This document shows, piece after piece, positions 17,607 to 27,100 of a stretch of DNA of 64,000 nt; position 1 is the stretch's first letter, and the number at the start of each line of letters is the position of its first letter. A program made the translations under genes and the position numbers. A model generated the notes under the pieces. The model had not been told where the DNA came from. It made no database searches and worked only from the letters and a program-made list of their open reading frames with translations. This DNA comes from Escherichia phage KKP 3954. Where the stretch lies: the sequence record OR067838.1; one strand, written 5' to 3'.

Positions 17607-17900
17607 TCACATTAAGACACGTTTTGTATCGATGGGTGCATTATCAAACATGTTAAGAACATTGTCAAGCAGTTTTACTAATTCATTTGTAATTTGTTCT
17701 TTTGAACGGGAGGAAGTGAGCACTTTGCTTTCACCAACGATATGCATAACTTTTATAGGGGCATCTAAAATAATGTTGTGTTGACGATCCTCTTCAAAAG
17801 AAGCCAACCATTTCTCATTGTTACCGTGCAAGGCTACAATCACACCAAAACCGTTAATTGTTTCAGAAATATTCTTAGTTGCTAAAGTAATGTTCATCAT
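17607..17900 (-). CDS. Hypothetical protein (first gene of the leftward 12-18 kb operon)
   Basis: ORF track; ATG 17900 with SD AGAGAGG; divergent promoter region 17901-18014. Confidence 0.55.
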   Translation of the reverse strand: MMNITLATKNISETINGFGVIVALHGNNEKWLASFEEDRQHNIILDAPIKVMHIVGESKVLTSSRSKEQITNELVKLLDNVLNMFDNAPIDTKRVLM

Positions 17901-17956
17901 CTACCTCTCTTGTTAATGTTCATACATGATACCTGAAAATAATTTCAGATCAAGTA

Positions 17957-17984
17957 TTGACATACTTTTTAATCTTGTTAAGAT
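17957..17984 (+). promoter_or_regulatory. Sigma70-like promoter (TTGACA, 16 nt spacer, TAAGAT) at the strand-switch region, driving the plus-strand module
   Basis: Hexamers seen directly, 30 nt upstream of SD+ATG at 18015. Confidence 0.55.
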
Positions 17985-18014
17985 CAACTCCTACCAAACA
18001 AAAGGAGAAAACAA

Positions 18015-18458
18015 ATGCAAAACATCCAAAACATCAAACTGACTTGGCCCGAAGCTAAAGAAGCAATGAAGGAAGGTAGACGTGTTGAGCACCGCCATTT
18101 TTGTGGTGGCGAATGGTTTGAGATGCGAGATGGTGTTATTCTCGACGAACAAGGTTATAACATGGAAACTTGGTTCAGAGGGGAAGCTTGGCAGGAAGAG
18201 GGTTGGTCTGTAATTGAAAAAGAAGACAGTAAGGAAGAAGGCGTGTTGTCTAATGTAGAACGCAAGATGAGGGAAACAAAGATACCTGCTTTGGATTTTG
18301 TATACCTGGAAGAACTTGTGGCAGCATCTTTTGTAGCAGGAAATCTTTGGAATACACCTGTTAGCCGACTGGAGAACCAAAATAACCCATCTGCTCGTAA
18401 TCACAAGCTTTATAAGGGTAAAGGTCACAACAAATTAAAGAAAGGAAAGAAGAAATGA
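18015..18458 (+). CDS. DUF2829-like (Tad2-like) small protein with Lys-rich C-terminal tail
   Basis: N-terminal about 60 aa (W.EA..A.KEGRRV ... GEWFEMRDGVI ... EGWSVIE) resemble the DUF2829 fold; strong SD. Confidence 0.4.
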   Translation: MQNIQNIKLTWPEAKEAMKEGRRVEHRHFCGGEWFEMRDGVILDEQGYNMETWFRGEAWQEEGWSVIEKEDSKEEGVLSNVERKMRETKIPALDFVYLEELVAASFVAGNLWNTPVSRLENQNNPSARNHKLYKGKGHNKLKKGKKK

Positions 18459-18601
18459 TCTACAAAAACAAGTTCACTGGTTGTCTCCGTAAATTTATCG
18501 ATAAGAAAGGGTATGTTTCTCTTGACAACGGGGTTACATGGACAGAGAATGGCACTTCAGAACAGCTGATCAAAGCTTTGCCTTACTACGAGGAGGTTTA
18601 A
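18455..18601 (+). CDS. Small hypothetical protein (48 aa)
   Basis: Not in ORF track; ATGA and TAAATG coupling with both neighbours. Confidence 0.4.
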   Translation: MIYKNKFTGCLRKFIDKKGYVSLDNGVTWTENGTSEQLIKALPYYEEV

Positions 18602-18925
18602 ATGTCAAACAGTTTGTTTAGCGTGTCAATTGCACCACGTGTCAACATCCGTTGTCAGTTTGTTACTTTACCTGGTGTAACGCATATCACATTAGAATAC
18701 GATCCTCGCTCACGAGACAACCCAATCACAGGGAAAATTGATTGTGCTTATGGAGACTTTGTTATGGATCACCAAACCCTCTTATGCTGTGTGCAACGCT
18801 TACAGGCAGGATCTTTATACATCTTTAAGAAAACAGTGTTCCAAGAGATTGCTCAAGCAGTTGAAAGCGGTATGGAGACTCTTAACGTTATGATTGAAGC
18901 AGCCAACCAGAAGGAGGTTTTATGA
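18602..18925 (+). CDS. Hypothetical protein
   Basis: ORF track; SD GAGGAGG. Confidence 0.55.
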   Translation: MSNSLFSVSIAPRVNIRCQFVTLPGVTHITLEYDPRSRDNPITGKIDCAYGDFVMDHQTLLCCVQRLQAGSLYIFKKTVFQEIAQAVESGMETLNVMIEAANQKEVL

Positions 18926-19179
18926 CACTTTATCACGTAACCACTGAAGGCGATACCGAAGGTCGTACTACGAAAGATTTAGGGTATGTTGAAGCAGATT
19001 CCCCTGAACACGCAATTAAGTATTTGCATTCCATCGGTAAATATGCGACTTATGAATATACTATCTACAAGGTTGAAGTTAGCCCTATACAAGTGGCAAC
19101 TCCTATGGTAGAGTTGAAACATCTTAAGGCAAAAGTAAGCCCTGGTATAGTGTCCGATTACAAAGGGGAAGTAAAGTGA
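18922..19179 (+). CDS. Hypothetical protein
   Basis: ORF track; SD AAGGAGG. Confidence 0.55.
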   Translation: MTLYHVTTEGDTEGRTTKDLGYVEADSPEHAIKYLHSIGKYATYEYTIYKVEVSPIQVATPMVELKHLKAKVSPGIVSDYKGEVK

Positions 19180-19388
19180 GTGGATGGATTAAAGTATCTG
19201 GTACCGAGGATGTTCCTATCGGAGAGTGGCTTGTAATCATGGCAAACGGTAAGAAGGGATTCTGTGAAGTTAACAAAACACGCAATGGCACGATAGTTGT
19301 TATCAATGGTCATTTTTATTTTGACTTGGCACCTGTGATCGCATACCATGCACTACCAACATATGAAGAGGAGATTAACAATGGCTAA
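19176..19388 (+). CDS. Hypothetical protein
   Basis: ORF track; GTG start overlapping upstream stop. Confidence 0.5.
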   Translation: MSGWIKVSGTEDVPIGEWLVIMANGKKGFCEVNKTRNGTIVVINGHFYFDLAPVIAYHALPTYEEEINNG

Positions 19389-19704
19389 CAAAGAACCACA
19401 TGTATACACTGCACTGGTAAAGCACTTGAACAAAGAACGTAACAAGATCATTGCAGATTATCGTAAATTTAAACGTAGTAGTCTAAATCGTAAATACATG
19501 CCACATGCAGCTTTTGACGCTACACGTGCAGTATTTCGTGCAAAGATTGCGGAAATGGATAATCTGCTTAAGCTTGCACGATTATCTATTCAGGCATCCA
19601 AAGTAACAGGGGTCACTCACTTCTTTGACTTCGATACTAAAGCACTATATGCACCAGAAGCAGGTGAACAATTGATTTCTCTACTTACCAAAAATAAGTG
19701 TTGA
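19381..19704 (+). CDS. Hypothetical protein (basic)
   Basis: ORF track 19348..19704; ATG 19381 with SD GAGGAG. Confidence 0.55.
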   Translation: MANKEPHVYTALVKHLNKERNKIIADYRKFKRSSLNRKYMPHAAFDATRAVFRAKIAEMDNLLKLARLSIQASKVTGVTHFFDFDTKALYAPEAGEQLISLLTKNKC

Positions 19705-19873
19705 CTTTTTTCAAAAAATATGCTACCCTAACCCCGAAGGGTCGAGCGATAGCGAGTATAGATTATGTAATAGATTAATCTCTATCGTTAGATGTTCGAA
19801 GAACAGAGATTTAAGTATTTGTTCTTATCGGTAGATGATTGTAAGATCAAGAACAATAATAGGAGAGTGTGTT

Positions 19874-20076
19874 ATGTTAGTCAGTGAAATACTACCTGAC
19901 TCTAATGGTAATCAGATCACTGTTGATTGGTTTCCTGGTATTAATGGTATACACTAGATCTAACTGCTGAATGGTCTGGTGATATTTATGGAGAAGGTGT
20001 ATTATCATTGTCTACAGAACAAATGATCATCCTTCGTGACTTCTTAATTAGTTTAGATCTAGGAGAAAACAAATGA
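19874..20076 (+). CDS. Small hypothetical protein, apparently interrupted by a 1-nt deletion at GTATAC 19947-19952
   Basis: ATG 19874 with SD AGGAGAG; frame stops at 19955 while the -1 frame runs to a TGA overlapping the next ATG; break window 19945-19954. Confidence 0.4.
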
Positions 20077-20342
20077 GTAAAACTTCTGTTGAGTTTATCG
20101 AGAAATCCCCTGTTCCAAAGTTATACCGTTTATCTGAAATTGAACCTATGTCTGTTTTCTACTATTACATTGCAGAAGTAGATGAACAAGAACGGGAATA
20201 CTATTTGGCTACAGATACAGGTGCAGTTTGCTTAACAGGCTCTCGTGCAGGAGAATACATTGTGAATAGTCGTTTTAATGAAGCAGACTCCTGTTGGGCT
20301 AAGGTTGAAACTAAGATTGTCATCAACATCACCAATCATTAA
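20073..20342 (+). CDS. Hypothetical protein
   Basis: ORF track; SD AGGAGAAAA. Confidence 0.55.
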   Translation: MSKTSVEFIEKSPVPKLYRLSEIEPMSVFYYYIAEVDEQEREYYLATDTGAVCLTGSRAGEYIVNSRFNEADSCWAKVETKIVINITNH

Positions 20343-20364
20343 GACTAATCTGATAAAGAGCTAC

Positions 20365-20394
20365 TTGACATGTGCAAAGCTCTTTGTGTAGAAT
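20365..20394 (+). promoter_or_regulatory. Sigma70-like promoter (TTGACA, 18 nt spacer, TAGAAT) with the -35 inside an AAAGAGCT/AGCTCTTT inverted repeat
   Basis: Hexamers and flanking inverted repeat seen directly. Confidence 0.45.
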
Positions 20395-20424
20395 AAAGAT
20401 TCACTTACTAAGGAGATTTTATAA

Positions 20425-20622
20425 ATGGCTACAAAGAAACAGAAAATGAAATGTCTTACTCTCACTGAACTGGGTCAAGCTTCCAACTGCGTTACTGTTG
20501 GTAAGATTTATTCTACAGTTCTTGATAAAGACAACAACAGTTTTACTTTCAAAGATGATAACGGAAACCCTCAAGTTGGGATCTACCCTTCCTGTGCTTT
20601 TGGTATTTGGGAAAAAGTGTAA
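20425..20622 (+). CDS. Hypothetical protein
   Basis: ORF track; SD AAGGAG. Confidence 0.55.
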   Translation: MATKKQKMKCLTLTELGQASNCVTVGKIYSTVLDKDNNSFTFKDDNGNPQVGIYPSCAFGIWEKV

Positions 20623-20665
20623 CTAATTAGAGGGTATACTTGTAAACAAGATTAAGGAGGCATTT

Positions 20666-20839
20666 ATGGGAGATAAACAAAGTAACATCCGTTACGCGCT
20701 TTATGGAAGAATGGGTGCAGATTGTGAATGGATGCTTCTGTCGCAACGTATACCCTCTTACAAAGAGGCTCTTGAAAAAAGAGACTATTATAAACAAACA
20801 TGGCGTTTTGTCATTTGTAAACACTATTTGGAGGCGTGA
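20666..20839 (+). CDS. Small hypothetical protein (57 aa)
   Basis: Not in ORF track; SD AAGGAGG then ATG 20666; TGATG coupling with next gene; preferred over track ORF 20703..20927. Confidence 0.45.
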   Translation: MGDKQSNIRYALYGRMGADCEWMLLSQRIPSYKEALEKRDYYKQTWRFVICKHYLEA

Positions 20840-21147
20840 TGAGTACATTATCATTAGCAGTTACGGTGCACCAGTATTACGAAGAAGCTGTAAAAGATTC
20901 AGAAAATCCATCTACATTAGTATTTGAAGATCGGACTGGTCTTAAATGGGTAGAATCTTGTGGTGAACTTTACTTTTGGTATCCACAAGGTTGCACAAGT
21001 AATTCTAATTTGTATAGTTATGAATTGGAGTATCGTGCGCCTGTAGATGAAGATGATAATTACATCATGTATTATGTTAATAATGGTTGCGGTGAAATGT
21101 TTAATGTAGTATTCTCTAAAGCCTTGAAGTCCGACGAGGAGATGTGA
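20839..21147 (+). CDS. Hypothetical protein
   Basis: ORF track 20836..21147; ATG 20839. Confidence 0.55.
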   Translation: MSTLSLAVTVHQYYEEAVKDSENPSTLVFEDRTGLKWVESCGELYFWYPQGCTSNSNLYSYELEYRAPVDEDDNYIMYYVNNGCGEMFNVVFSKALKSDEEM

Positions 21148-21506
21148 TGAGAAAAGTGCTGTTTGCCTTGCTGTTATTAGCCTCTGCTGGTGTTTTTGCT
21201 CGTGACGGCTTTAAGGTTGGGGCAGATCGCACTAAATTCTTCACATGGTTCGGAGGTGAAGCACTTTACCAAGATGGTAAAGATAAAATAAAATGTAAGT
21301 ATGTAGAAACATTAAAAGGTGTGGATGATTGGGGTGATGCTTATCGAGCAACAGGCTTCTCTTGTAAGAAACACCTTTACATTGTAGTAAAAGAGTTTCA
21401 AGATATAAATAAACAACTTTTTATTTTAGTAGATCCTAGTAAATTTAATGAACGGACAGCTTATGAAGTTGACATGTTCTTAGAATACAAGAAGGAGGAA
21501 AAATGA
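21147..21506 (+). CDS. Secreted protein (signal peptide)
   Basis: ORF track 21144..21506; N-terminus MRKVLFALLLLASAGVFA; SD GAGGAG. Confidence 0.55.
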   Translation: MRKVLFALLLLASAGVFARDGFKVGADRTKFFTWFGGEALYQDGKDKIKCKYVETLKGVDDWGDAYRATGFSCKKHLYIVVKEFQDINKQLFILVDPSKFNERTAYEVDMFLEYKKEEK

Positions 21507-21865
21507 GAGAAACGATTGTAGATGTTGTTATTAATGGTCAACGTTATGTACCTGTTGTAGAGAAAGCTGAACCAGACGCTTTAGATGTTGTTTTTGAAGA
21601 CGATGATCTTGGCACTGTTACTGTGCGTGAATATTTCAGACGACTGCTCTCTACACTTTGGGAAGAAGAAGATAGTTTCAGTGGAAAACGCCCTTTCGGT
21701 AACTCTTGCTGGCAGTTCGATTTGATTATTGGTTTGATCGATGCTGGGTACCTGGAAGGTAAAGTTTATCGTGACGAAGATGGTGGTATAGAAGATACCG
21801 ACTATGATCGTGAAGAAGCAGATAAACTCATCCAGGGTCTGATCGCACGTATGTGTTTAGGTTAA
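21503..21865 (+). CDS. Hypothetical protein (acidic)
   Basis: ORF track; ATGA overlap. Confidence 0.55.
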   Translation: MRETIVDVVINGQRYVPVVEKAEPDALDVVFEDDDLGTVTVREYFRRLLSTLWEEEDSFSGKRPFGNSCWQFDLIIGLIDAGYLEGKVYRDEDGGIEDTDYDREEADKLIQGLIARMCLG

Positions 21866-21869
21866 TATT

Positions 21870-22412
21870 GTGGACATAAAAGAACAACTGTTTTATGCTT
21901 ACTACGCAGGTTGCATAGATTGTGATGGGTCTATTATAAGCAGAAACAGGGAGACTTCAGACTCCTACACAGTAAACCTTACACAACACGAGAGATCGGC
22001 AGAAGAAATGACCGATTTGGCTAAAGAGTTGGAAAGTTATGGATATACTGTCTCTTTCACATCGCGCGTAGCTTGGGCTGAAAAATATGATAATTTGATG
22101 TATAATATCAATGTTAGCAGCAGAGAAAGTGTGATAAGATTGCTTGAGAATTTAATCCCTTATCTCCGTTTCAAAAAAGAGAAAGCGGAAGAGGCTGTCA
22201 GATTGCTAAAAGTGATGGATGTAAAGCAACCTATCATGTATGGTGTGGATGATAGACAAGCTAAACGCCGCTACTGGACAGAGGAAGAAGACCAGATTCT
22301 TGAAAAGTTAAATAGTGAAGGGTATAGTCATGCAGGGATTGGTAAGGTTCTAAACAGATCTCGCAACTCTGTATCCCACAGGTTAATGCGAAATAAGGTC
22401 AACACAAAATAA
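21870..22412 (+). CDS. LAGLIDADG-family homing endonuclease-like protein with C-terminal helix-turn-helix-like region
   Basis: Single motif YAGCIDCDGSI close to the I-CreI-type LAGLIDADG block; C-terminal WTEEEDQIL...GIGKVLNRSRNSV resembles an HTH; GTG start. Confidence 0.55.
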   Translation: MDIKEQLFYAYYAGCIDCDGSIISRNRETSDSYTVNLTQHERSAEEMTDLAKELESYGYTVSFTSRVAWAEKYDNLMYNINVSSRESVIRLLENLIPYLRFKKEKAEEAVRLLKVMDVKQPIMYGVDDRQAKRRYWTEEEDQILEKLNSEGYSHAGIGKVLNRSRNSVSHRLMRNKVNTK

Positions 22413-22424
22413 GAGGAGAATTTT

Positions 22425-22778
22425 TTGAAAAATATTATTGATGTAGATGTGTTTGGTATCACAACACTACAAGACAAACAAGCAACACTGTATTATCATA
22501 AAAAAGAGGACCAAGCTTACATCTACATCGGGGCAGAAAAGTTTGGTGTTGGAGATATGGTTTTAAATGTTGAAGGAGATCTTCCTTTAGAACAAAAGTT
22601 GAAAGTTTTTCGTTTCACAGGAGATGTTAAACTAGACGGCGTTATCGCAATCCTACAAGAAGACCATTATTACATGGTAACTTTCGTTACTCCTGCTTTC
22701 TCTGGCCTTAATGGAGAAGAAGCTCTTAACGATGTTATTATCTTAAAGATTGGTAATGCTCTAAACGATGTAAACTAA
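22425..22778 (+). CDS. Hypothetical protein
   Basis: ORF track; TTG start with SD AAGAGGAG. Confidence 0.5.
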   Translation: MKNIIDVDVFGITTLQDKQATLYYHKKEDQAYIYIGAEKFGVGDMVLNVEGDLPLEQKLKVFRFTGDVKLDGVIAILQEDHYYMVTFVTPAFSGLNGEEALNDVIILKIGNALNDVN

Positions 22779-22791
22779 AGGGGGAGTGAGT

Positions 22792-23301
22792 ATGTTCTTT
22801 GATGCAAATTCTCTTTTTGTATCTACAGCAGGGCAGTCTGCTGTTAATGCAGAATTTGAGGAAAGAGAAGAATGGATTGATAATCACAACTACGATCCAA
22901 GTAATTTAAACTGGTGCAGTTTGGATGTTGGTAATCTTAGTAGAGATAATGCACTTAGAGCATACTACTCTGTATATACTGTTGACAATCTTTATCAATA
23001 CTACGTGTTTCGTAGTCTTATTGTTAATCTTAATTTAGCTGGACGTTTAAAGAACAATAAGGCATTCACATTGGGACATTATATTCCCTTCCGTAAAGGT
23101 GGTGTGCATTTTCCATGTAATTGGATTATTCAAACACGAAAAGAAAATAGTTTAGCAGGAGACACCATGCCAAGATTTAAAGATAAATGGACATGGGAAA
23201 AACAAATGGGGTATATTAATGCACATTTGCCACCTAATCTAAAAGAACCTTATGCCAGCAGAGCTAAGGAAATGATGAGGATTGTCAAGAGTTTTTATTA
23301 A
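22792..23301 (+). CDS. Hypothetical protein
   Basis: ORF track 22786..23301; ATG 22792 with SD AGGGGGAG. Confidence 0.55.
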   Translation: MFFDANSLFVSTAGQSAVNAEFEEREEWIDNHNYDPSNLNWCSLDVGNLSRDNALRAYYSVYTVDNLYQYYVFRSLIVNLNLAGRLKNNKAFTLGHYIPFRKGGVHFPCNWIIQTRKENSLAGDTMPRFKDKWTWEKQMGYINAHLPPNLKEPYASRAKEMMRIVKSFY

Positions 23302-23315
23302 GAGAGGAGAAATAC

Positions 23316-24908
23316 GTGTCTACACAATTGAGTTTTACACCTACCGAGGAACAATACGCTATTGAAAGCGGGTATAAAGAAAATCGTTTCGTTACAATTC
23401 AAGCTAAATCTGGATCAGGTAAAACGTCAACACTGTATATGTTGGCTAATGGCACAAATGATAGTATTCTATACTTGGCGTTTAACAAAAGTATGGCAGA
23501 GGAAGCTCGACGTAAAATGCCGCCTAATGTTATGTGCCGAACGCTACATTCTATCTGCTACCAGCGTCTTCCACAAAACCTTCGACACAAATTGTCTCGT
23601 CCAGAAGGTCAATATGTTAACGTAGCTGGAACTGGTAGTGAGATTGCTAAAAAATTCAAGATTCAGAACTTGATCGATAAGAATGGTAAAGTGCTACTGA
23701 CTCGTGCAATGATCGGGTTAATGGTAAAACAAACTTTAGCTAAATACGAGTTTTCTGACGATGAACATATTGGACATAAACATTTTCCTAAAGTGCATAT
23801 GTCAGATCTTAAACGTAAGAACATCAACGAACAAAAACTTATTAACGAAGTTGTTAAATATGCGAAGCAACTTTGGCGTGAGCGTATTGATCCTAAATCA
23901 GAAACCATTATGACTCATGACACCTATGTGAAACTCTTTGAATTGAGTAAAGAAGATTTAGGATATGATATTATTTTTGGAGATGAATTCCAGGATGTTA
24001 ACCCTGCATTCCTGTCTATCCTTCGCAATGCTAAATCGGCTAAACGTATTGTTGTTGTGGGTGATGAGTTTCAGAGTATTTATCAGTTCCGTGGAAGCCA
24101 GAACATGATGAAGCAAACGGCTACATATGGGGTTGAGTTGCCTCTGACAGCTTGTTTTCGCTTTGGTCCTAAAGTTGCGGACATTGCTAATGCGATCCTT
24201 TCTGATCGCTCACCTCTGAAGCATCCGCTGGTAGGGAAAGGTTATGATACTGTCACTGGAAGTTTTCATTCTGATGTGGTAGATTATAGTAAACCTTACA
24301 CCATTATTTTCCGTAAGAATTTGACCCTGTTGCTCGAAGCTATGGACCGAATCGCTAACGGAGAAGAGATTATTATTAACGTAGATACCAAAGATTTCAT
24401 TTCTATGGTTGATAGTGTTAATGCTTTACGTAGAGGTGATTTGGACAAAGTTAAGCATGAGACAGTTCTACCTTACACTTCTTGGGAAGAATTTGTAGAG
24501 TGTGCAGAATCAGATCCTGATGCAAAACGACTTTTAAACATTGTTGTTTCTGGTAAAGCTAATAATATTGCATACACTTTACGTATGCACCGTAACTCTC
24601 CAACGGCTAAAGTTACTTTAACTACAGCCCACAAATCAAAAGGTTTGGAATGGGATCAGGTTATTGTTGCAAATGACTTCCCTTCTAATTACGATAAGAA
24701 GGGTGAGTGGGTAGGTCTTGAAGAATCAGAACGAAATCTTCTGTATGTTGCACATACACGTTGTATTAAATGTCTGCAATGGAACCGAACTGTTCAAGAG
24801 ATTTTAGACATGCATCGTTTAGGTAAGAGCACGGCTCCTGTATCTGAAGAAGATAAGCTTATAGCTGCCCTTGCTCGTAAGATTAATCAAATCAGAGAGG
24901 ATCGTTAA
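23316..24908 (+). CDS. Superfamily 1 DNA helicase (UvrD/Rep/Dda-like)
   Basis: Walker A AKSGSGKT, motif II GDEFQDVN, motif III VVGDEFQSIYQFRG, C-terminal TAHKSKGLEWD. Confidence 0.8.
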   Translation: MSTQLSFTPTEEQYAIESGYKENRFVTIQAKSGSGKTSTLYMLANGTNDSILYLAFNKSMAEEARRKMPPNVMCRTLHSICYQRLPQNLRHKLSRPEGQYVNVAGTGSEIAKKFKIQNLIDKNGKVLLTRAMIGLMVKQTLAKYEFSDDEHIGHKHFPKVHMSDLKRKNINEQKLINEVVKYAKQLWRERIDPKSETIMTHDTYVKLFELSKEDLGYDIIFGDEFQDVNPAFLSILRNAKSAKRIVVVGDEFQSIYQFRGSQNMMKQTATYGVELPLTACFRFGPKVADIANAILSDRSPLKHPLVGKGYDTVTGSFHSDVVDYSKPYTIIFRKNLTLLLEAMDRIANGEEIIINVDTKDFISMVDSVNALRRGDLDKVKHETVLPYTSWEEFVECAESDPDAKRLLNIVVSGKANNIAYTLRMHRNSPTAKVTLTTAHKSKGLEWDQVIVANDFPSNYDKKGEWVGLEESERNLLYVAHTRCIKCLQWNRTVQEILDMHRLGKSTAPVSEEDKLIAALARKINQIREDR

Positions 24909-25160
24909 ATGGCAGGGTATCACATAACAGACATTAAGAAACAACCTTATGGCAGCATAGAAAAGATTAAAGAGGAAGTAGAAGAACTTTTTGATGCTGT
25001 TGAGCAGGATTGCAAAATAATGCAACTTGTTGAATTGTCAGATATTATAGGGGCTGTCGAGGGAGTTTTAGAACAACAGTTCCCAGATATGACTTTACAA
25101 GATTTAATCATTATGTCCAACATTACTAAACGCGCTTTCCGCACAGGAGGAAGGTCATGA
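24909..25160 (+). CDS. Hypothetical protein
   Basis: ORF track. Confidence 0.5.
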   Translation: MAGYHITDIKKQPYGSIEKIKEEVEELFDAVEQDCKIMQLVELSDIIGAVEGVLEQQFPDMTLQDLIIMSNITKRAFRTGGRS

Positions 25161-25714
25161 ACACAGGTGTGATTGCCGAAGCCATCCAGAGTTATGGACG
25201 CTTTGCTGAAATGTTAGATGTTCCTTATTTAGTGGATGCAGATATTTTGGCATTCACACTGCCACCTGGCAAAGAAGATGCTCCTTTGGGGCATCCTAAT
25301 GGGAAGTTTTATGTTGCCAGTGCCGAGCAATCATTCTTGCAAATGGAAAAGGATGGCTACGAGTTTATCGCTGGTCATCCCTACATGGCCCTGACACCAT
25401 GTTACCGCACAGAGGAAGTGTTGGATGATTCTCACTTCAACATCTTCTTGAAGCTGGAGTTGATTGAGTTCTATCCCAGCTTTGGTGAAGTGAAAGAGTA
25501 TGCCGAAGAAATGCGATACTTCTTCTGGACCTACTACAAAGTCCAAACAAGAATTGTAGAAACAGAAATAGGGCTTGACGTGGAAGACATGAATGGTTTA
25601 GAATTAGGGTCATTCGGAACAAGATTGTCCCCACAAGGTCATCCATATATTTATGCAACAGCCATAGCCGAACCTCGTGCATCTATGGCAATTAACAGGA
25701 GGAATCATGATTAA
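25157..25714 (+). CDS. Hypothetical protein
   Basis: ORF track; SD AGGAGGAAGG. Confidence 0.55.
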   Translation: MNTGVIAEAIQSYGRFAEMLDVPYLVDADILAFTLPPGKEDAPLGHPNGKFYVASAEQSFLQMEKDGYEFIAGHPYMALTPCYRTEEVLDDSHFNIFLKLELIEFYPSFGEVKEYAEEMRYFFWTYYKVQTRIVETEIGLDVEDMNGLELGSFGTRLSPQGHPYIYATAIAEPRASMAINRRNHD

Positions 25715-27092
25715 TAAATTTGCCCGTAAACAGGAAGTTGCTGAAGCAGCACGTCGCGCTGGTGTGTATGACAAATTGTGTGAAGGTATTGTGAAGGTGT
25801 ATGGCTGGGAGGGAGAAGATGATCCAACCTGTTCAGGTGATTTTGCAATGAACGATATGACCTTCCCATATATTTCCTACAATGCCTCCACTGGTGAAAT
25901 AAACGGTGCAACCAGCACCAGTGTTGATCGTTATCCAGACGCAGAACAAACCACAGGAGGTTACATGTTAGATTTGATTCTTAAGAAATCAGGGTTATTG
26001 GGAATCGAAGACGTTTTCGTAGATGCAGATAGTTTATCATTAGGAGATGTTGTTAAACTACTGGTAGACTTTAGATTTGCAACAGGTAAAAGCTTCTGGA
26101 AGCCAGAAGATGCTGAACGTTTGAAGACAATCGATCCAAGTATGTATGAACTGCCACAATATAAAGATAAACAATTCCGCAAGGTTATCTTCTTTGATCG
26201 TCAAGCAGGCTTAGATGCAATGCATATTGAAGTTGGGGATTTACCACGCCCACACTCTGCTGCTACTGGTGATCGCGGCCTTGTAGAAGTCACGGCTCAA
26301 GAATTTAAAAATATGTTTGCTGCGAAATACGATGAAGCTGCGCCTGTGCCAAGTATTGAGGAGCAAGAGGAAGAACAGTTTGTAGCGGAAGATACTGCAT
26401 TTGAATATCTGCCGAACACAGGTGTTATGCCTTCGGAAGATTTCGTGCAGGTTCGCTTCAACAATGGTCAAACAGATGTTGCTAAGGGAACAGTATTCAC
26501 TTGGAATATCGACAATCTGGAAGAGTGGGCGATTAAAGAATACTTCATTCTCCCGCGCACGGCAAAATACAACTATAATAATGGTGGACACCGCCCTTGT
26601 GGTGGTCACGTAGAAGTTCTCTTTCGTGACGGAACTACGGATAGTGGATCGGCTACGCATTTCACTTGGGGTCATGTTGGATATGATCGGGATATTGTTG
26701 GTTGGCTTCCAACTAACAACCCTAAACCACGTTACCGTAAGCCTCGTAAGAAGCCTCCGGTAGGTAAGAAGAGTGTCGTTCGTGTCCTCTACACTACGCA
26801 ACAGACCTACACATTTAAAAATGTGGTAGACGTGCAAGTAACCGAGGAGCGAGTTTATATCCAATATGATCGTGAAGTTACAGAGGGTATCAAAGAATCG
26901 GTTACTACCGAAATTGAAAATAAGCTTGTTATGGCAATCATTGTGGAAGAAAGTAAAGTAGAGAACGGTAAAGCCTATACTGTTCGTGATAGCTTCTTGC
27001 GTAATATCGATGGAACCTGGGATTACAATGGACACGATGGGACCGCTGTGAAGAACGGTAAGATCATGGGAAGACAATTCCTCTCCAAATGA
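25707..27092 (+). CDS. Hypothetical protein (461 aa)
   Basis: ORF track 25677..27092; ATG 25707 with SD AGGAGG; antisense ORF 26241..27077 judged spurious. Confidence 0.6.
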   Translation: MINKFARKQEVAEAARRAGVYDKLCEGIVKVYGWEGEDDPTCSGDFAMNDMTFPYISYNASTGEINGATSTSVDRYPDAEQTTGGYMLDLILKKSGLLGIEDVFVDADSLSLGDVVKLLVDFRFATGKSFWKPEDAERLKTIDPSMYELPQYKDKQFRKVIFFDRQAGLDAMHIEVGDLPRPHSAATGDRGLVEVTAQEFKNMFAAKYDEAAPVPSIEEQEEEQFVAEDTAFEYLPNTGVMPSEDFVQVRFNNGQTDVAKGTVFTWNIDNLEEWAIKEYFILPRTAKYNYNNGGHRPCGGHVEVLFRDGTTDSGSATHFTWGHVGYDRDIVGWLPTNNPKPRYRKPRKKPPVGKKSVVRVLYTTQQTYTFKNVVDVQVTEERVYIQYDREVTEGIKESVTTEIENKLVMAIIVEESKVENGKAYTVRDSFLRNIDGTWDYNGHDGTAVKNGKIMGRQFLSK

Positions 27093-27100
27093 TAAAACTT

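Noticed and set aside
20703-20927. Track ORF 20703..20927 (74 aa)
   Set aside because: The overlapping frame starting at ATG 20666 has a strong SD and ends with TGATG coupling to the next gene, while 20703..20927 lacks an SD and runs into the following gene.
26241-27077. Long antisense ORFs in the track (26241..27077, 52462..53265, 30364..30882, 17991..18428, 36571..36951, 40719..41072)
   Set aside because: Each lies entirely opposite a well-supported sense gene with SD, start coupling and recognisable domains; the antisense translations are low-complexity and have no ribosome-binding sites.
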